20,488 bases of DNA. Origin: Myxococcales bacterium. Its GTDB lineage: Bacteria > Myxococcota_A > UBA9042. Positions 18,674-20,488 of the stretch are shown here, one piece after another. The stretch spans positions 1 to 20,488 of the forward strand of contig JBBISH010000115.1 of NCBI GenBank assembly GCA_037441385.1, in the 5' to 3' direction. Below the pieces are notes generated by a model. That model saw only the letters and a program-made list of their open reading frames with translations. It had not been told where the DNA came from and searched no databases. Each line of letters begins with the position of its first letter. The first letter of the stretch is position 1. Position numbers and translations under genes: made by a program.

Positions 18674-19711
18674 ATGGCGGTGACGATCACCCACGGGCTG
18701 CCGACGCGCTTCGAGAATCTGGCGGACCTGGCGCGATTGCCGTTCTTCGAAGTCCAGGATGGCCGGTTGGTTCTAGCCGATCGCCGCCTGGGTCCCGCCA
18801 TCGACTTGCACACGCACCTGGCGCTGACGTACTTGGTGCCGCAGCGGCTGGACCTGGACCGCCATTGGCCCGAGACCGAGCACTACCTGCCCAAGACCAC
18901 GCCGATCGACCTGAATGTGTACGTCAACAAGAACTTTTTGGCCGAGGACCTGCCGCGGATGGAGCGGGACCTGAGCCTGGGGTCGCTGACGGCCGGCGGC
19001 ATGCGGCGCACCCACACGATTCCGAACCTTTTGAAAGAGATGGACGAGCTCGGCATCGAGCAGTCGGTGCTGCTGCCCATCGATTTTGCGTACGGGAGCG
19101 ACAACGCCGGGACCTGGCTGAGGGCGAGCACGGGCAAGAAGGGGCTGCTGTGCTTTGGCTCGGTGCACCCCCTGCGCCACGGCATGGAACAGAACCTGCT
19201 GCGGCAAAAGGCCCTGGGCGCGCGCGGGATCAAGGTGCACCCGGCCGTGCAGATGCTGCGGCCCGATGCGGCGCGGGCCATGAAGCTTTATAACCTATGC
19301 GGAAAACACAAGCTGCCCGTGCTGTTTCACTGCGGTCCGGTGGAGATCGAGACCAAGATCGGCCGCTACTGCAGTCAGGTCCGCTTCTACGAAAAGGCCC
19401 TCGCCGAGAACCCGGACACGCTCTTCATTTTGGGCCATTCGGGCGCGCTGCAAATGGGGCTGGCGTTCGAGTTTGCCAAGAAGTACCCCAATGTGGTGCT
19501 GGAGCTGTCGAGCCAGAGCCTGGGTAATGTCCGTAAAATCATGGCGGAAGCGGATCAGGACCGCGTCGTGTTCGGCTCGGATTGGCCGTTCTACCACCAA
19601 GGGATCGCGCTGGCCAAGGTGCTGATGGCGAGCGACGACGACGAGCTGCGGCGCAAGGTTTTGCGGGGCAATGCGCGGCGGATCTTTGGGGATTATGCGC
19701 ACCGCACCTGA
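18674..19711 (+). CDS. Amidohydrolase-superfamily (Amidohydro_2-type) metallohydrolase
   Basis: IDLHTH (HxH), GIKVHP, PVLFHCG, ILGHSG and VVFGSDWPF. Confidence 0.9.
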   Translation: MAVTITHGLPTRFENLADLARLPFFEVQDGRLVLADRRLGPAIDLHTHLALTYLVPQRLDLDRHWPETEHYLPKTTPIDLNVYVNKNFLAEDLPRMERDLSLGSLTAGGMRRTHTIPNLLKEMDELGIEQSVLLPIDFAYGSDNAGTWLRASTGKKGLLCFGSVHPLRHGMEQNLLRQKALGARGIKVHPAVQMLRPDAARAMKLYNLCGKHKLPVLFHCGPVEIETKIGRYCSQVRFYEKALAENPDTLFILGHSGALQMGLAFEFAKKYPNVVLELSSQSLGNVRKIMAEADQDRVVFGSDWPFYHQGIALAKVLMASDDDELRRKVLRGNARRIFGDYAHRT

Positions 19712-19948
19712 TTCACGCCTGTACGGCTTCCCGGACCCGCTGTGCAACTGGCGAGAATCAGGCGGGGACCCCGGTTCGGGCCCGAAGAATTGCCGAATTT
19801 TCGATCCGATTTGGACGGAACTGGGATTGGTTCAACATGCCGTACCGGCACGCGGCATCCATGAAAATCAGCGTGCTGAACTAGACGGCCATGGACACGA
19901 CCGGACGCCGAGGCCGCGGCGAATGGCGCTCCCCATGAGGATTGTTTC

Positions 19949-20003
19949 GTACTACAAACCCGAAGTACGTTCAGGGTTAGGCCTCTCGAATGGTTTGTAG
20001 TAC
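19949..20003. repeat. Perfect 12-bp inverted repeat with 31-nt spacer
   Basis: GTACTACAAACC (19949-19960) and GGTTTGTAGTAC (19992-20003), in a locally AT-richer intergenic region. Confidence 0.85.
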
Positions 20004-20086
20004 TAGATTTTTGAGCAAGTAAAGGGGGCGCGCCGCACACTCTTGGACCCCGGCCCCCTGCGACCCCCGCGCGCGGCTAGCGCCGC

Positions 20087-20138
20087 CTAGTACACCGGCA
20101 TGGGCAACCCCGAAAGAACTTGAGATTTGGTGTACTAG
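20087..20138. repeat. Perfect 10-bp inverted repeat with 32-nt spacer
   Basis: CTAGTACACC (20087-20096) and GGTGTACTAG (20129-20138). The right arm contains the TAG stop of the minus-strand ORF. Confidence 0.8.
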
Positions 20139-20440
20139 TTGGGCTGGGCGCGAGATTCGCGGGCGTCGCCTTCGCGAGACCACCACCAAAGCCACAAAGA
20201 GGCCACGGCAAGCGCCCCGCTCGCCGCGGCGACCGACCAGGCCCCGTTGACCGACCCTTGCAGAAACCTGGCGCGGTCGTAGCTGATTCGCGACAAGTCG
20301 TAGTGACCGCTGGGGAGTCGCTGGTCGTCCAGATACCACTGCCCGGCGAGTGCGTACCCGGCGCAGGCCGCGGCGAGGCCGCCACTGGCCCAGGCCGCCG
20401 GGGCCGCGCGGCCGGACGGGAAGGAGGCGGCAGCGTTCAC
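20135..20440 (-). CDS. Small two-helix membrane protein, or the C-terminal part of a larger or frameshifted gene
   Basis: GC-rich third positions across 101 codons. Two hydrophobic segments (AAWASGGLAAACAGYALAG; GAWSVAAASGALAVASLWLWWW) resemble the C-terminal hairpin of myxobacterial PEGA/TPR proteins. The start is uncertain and the frame is open to the window end. Confidence 0.5.
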   Translation of the reverse strand: MNAAASFPSGRAAPAAWASGGLAAACAGYALAGQWYLDDQRLPSGHYDLSRISYDRARFLQGSVNGAWSVAAASGALAVASLWLWWWSREGDARESRAQPN

Positions 20441-20488
20441 GGCAGGCGCGGGTCGCGCTGCGCGCCCACGACGGCACGGTCTCGATCG

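Noticed and set aside
19959..19975. LexA/SOS box around CGAAGTACGTTCAGG
   Set aside because: It has several mismatches to the Myxococcus-type and GAAC-N4-GTTC consensus sequences, and no downstream gene start to regulate.

Overview
This is a high-GC, gene-dense chromosomal window. It is probably from a Myxococcota/deltaproteobacterial genome, inferred from the gene families present. No transposase, integrase, rRNA, tRNA or CRISPR array is recognisable. Gene order: 5'-truncated poly-proline/long coiled-coil protein (+); MJ1255/VC2487-type glycosyltransferase (-); rpsT (+); six-copy ~18-bp intergenic tandem repeat; MerB-fold protein lacking the MerB catalytic residues (+); deoC with a ~100-aa N-terminal extension (+); lipoprotein alpha/beta hydrolase (+); class I glutamine amidotransferase (+); membrane-anchored helical-repeat Ser/Thr kinase (-); polytopic membrane protein (-); zinc-ribbon + UvrD/PcrA-CTD-like Tudor protein (-); a five-gene putative operon (lipoprotein, phasin-like protein, ABC1/UbiB kinase, OmpA/MotB-like lipoprotein, amidohydrolase) (+); a structured ~420-bp non-coding interval; and a short membrane-protein ORF or gene remnant (-). 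The best leads are the orphan microcompartment-type DeoC, the pseudo-MerB with its upstream repeat array, the stand-alone Zn-ribbon/Tudor candidate RNA polymerase-binding factor, the heptad-phased cysteines of the OmpA-like stalk, and the GTAC-terminated inverted repeats and rod-like fold at 19.9-20.1 kb. All family calls come from motif recognition by eye. No database search was run.
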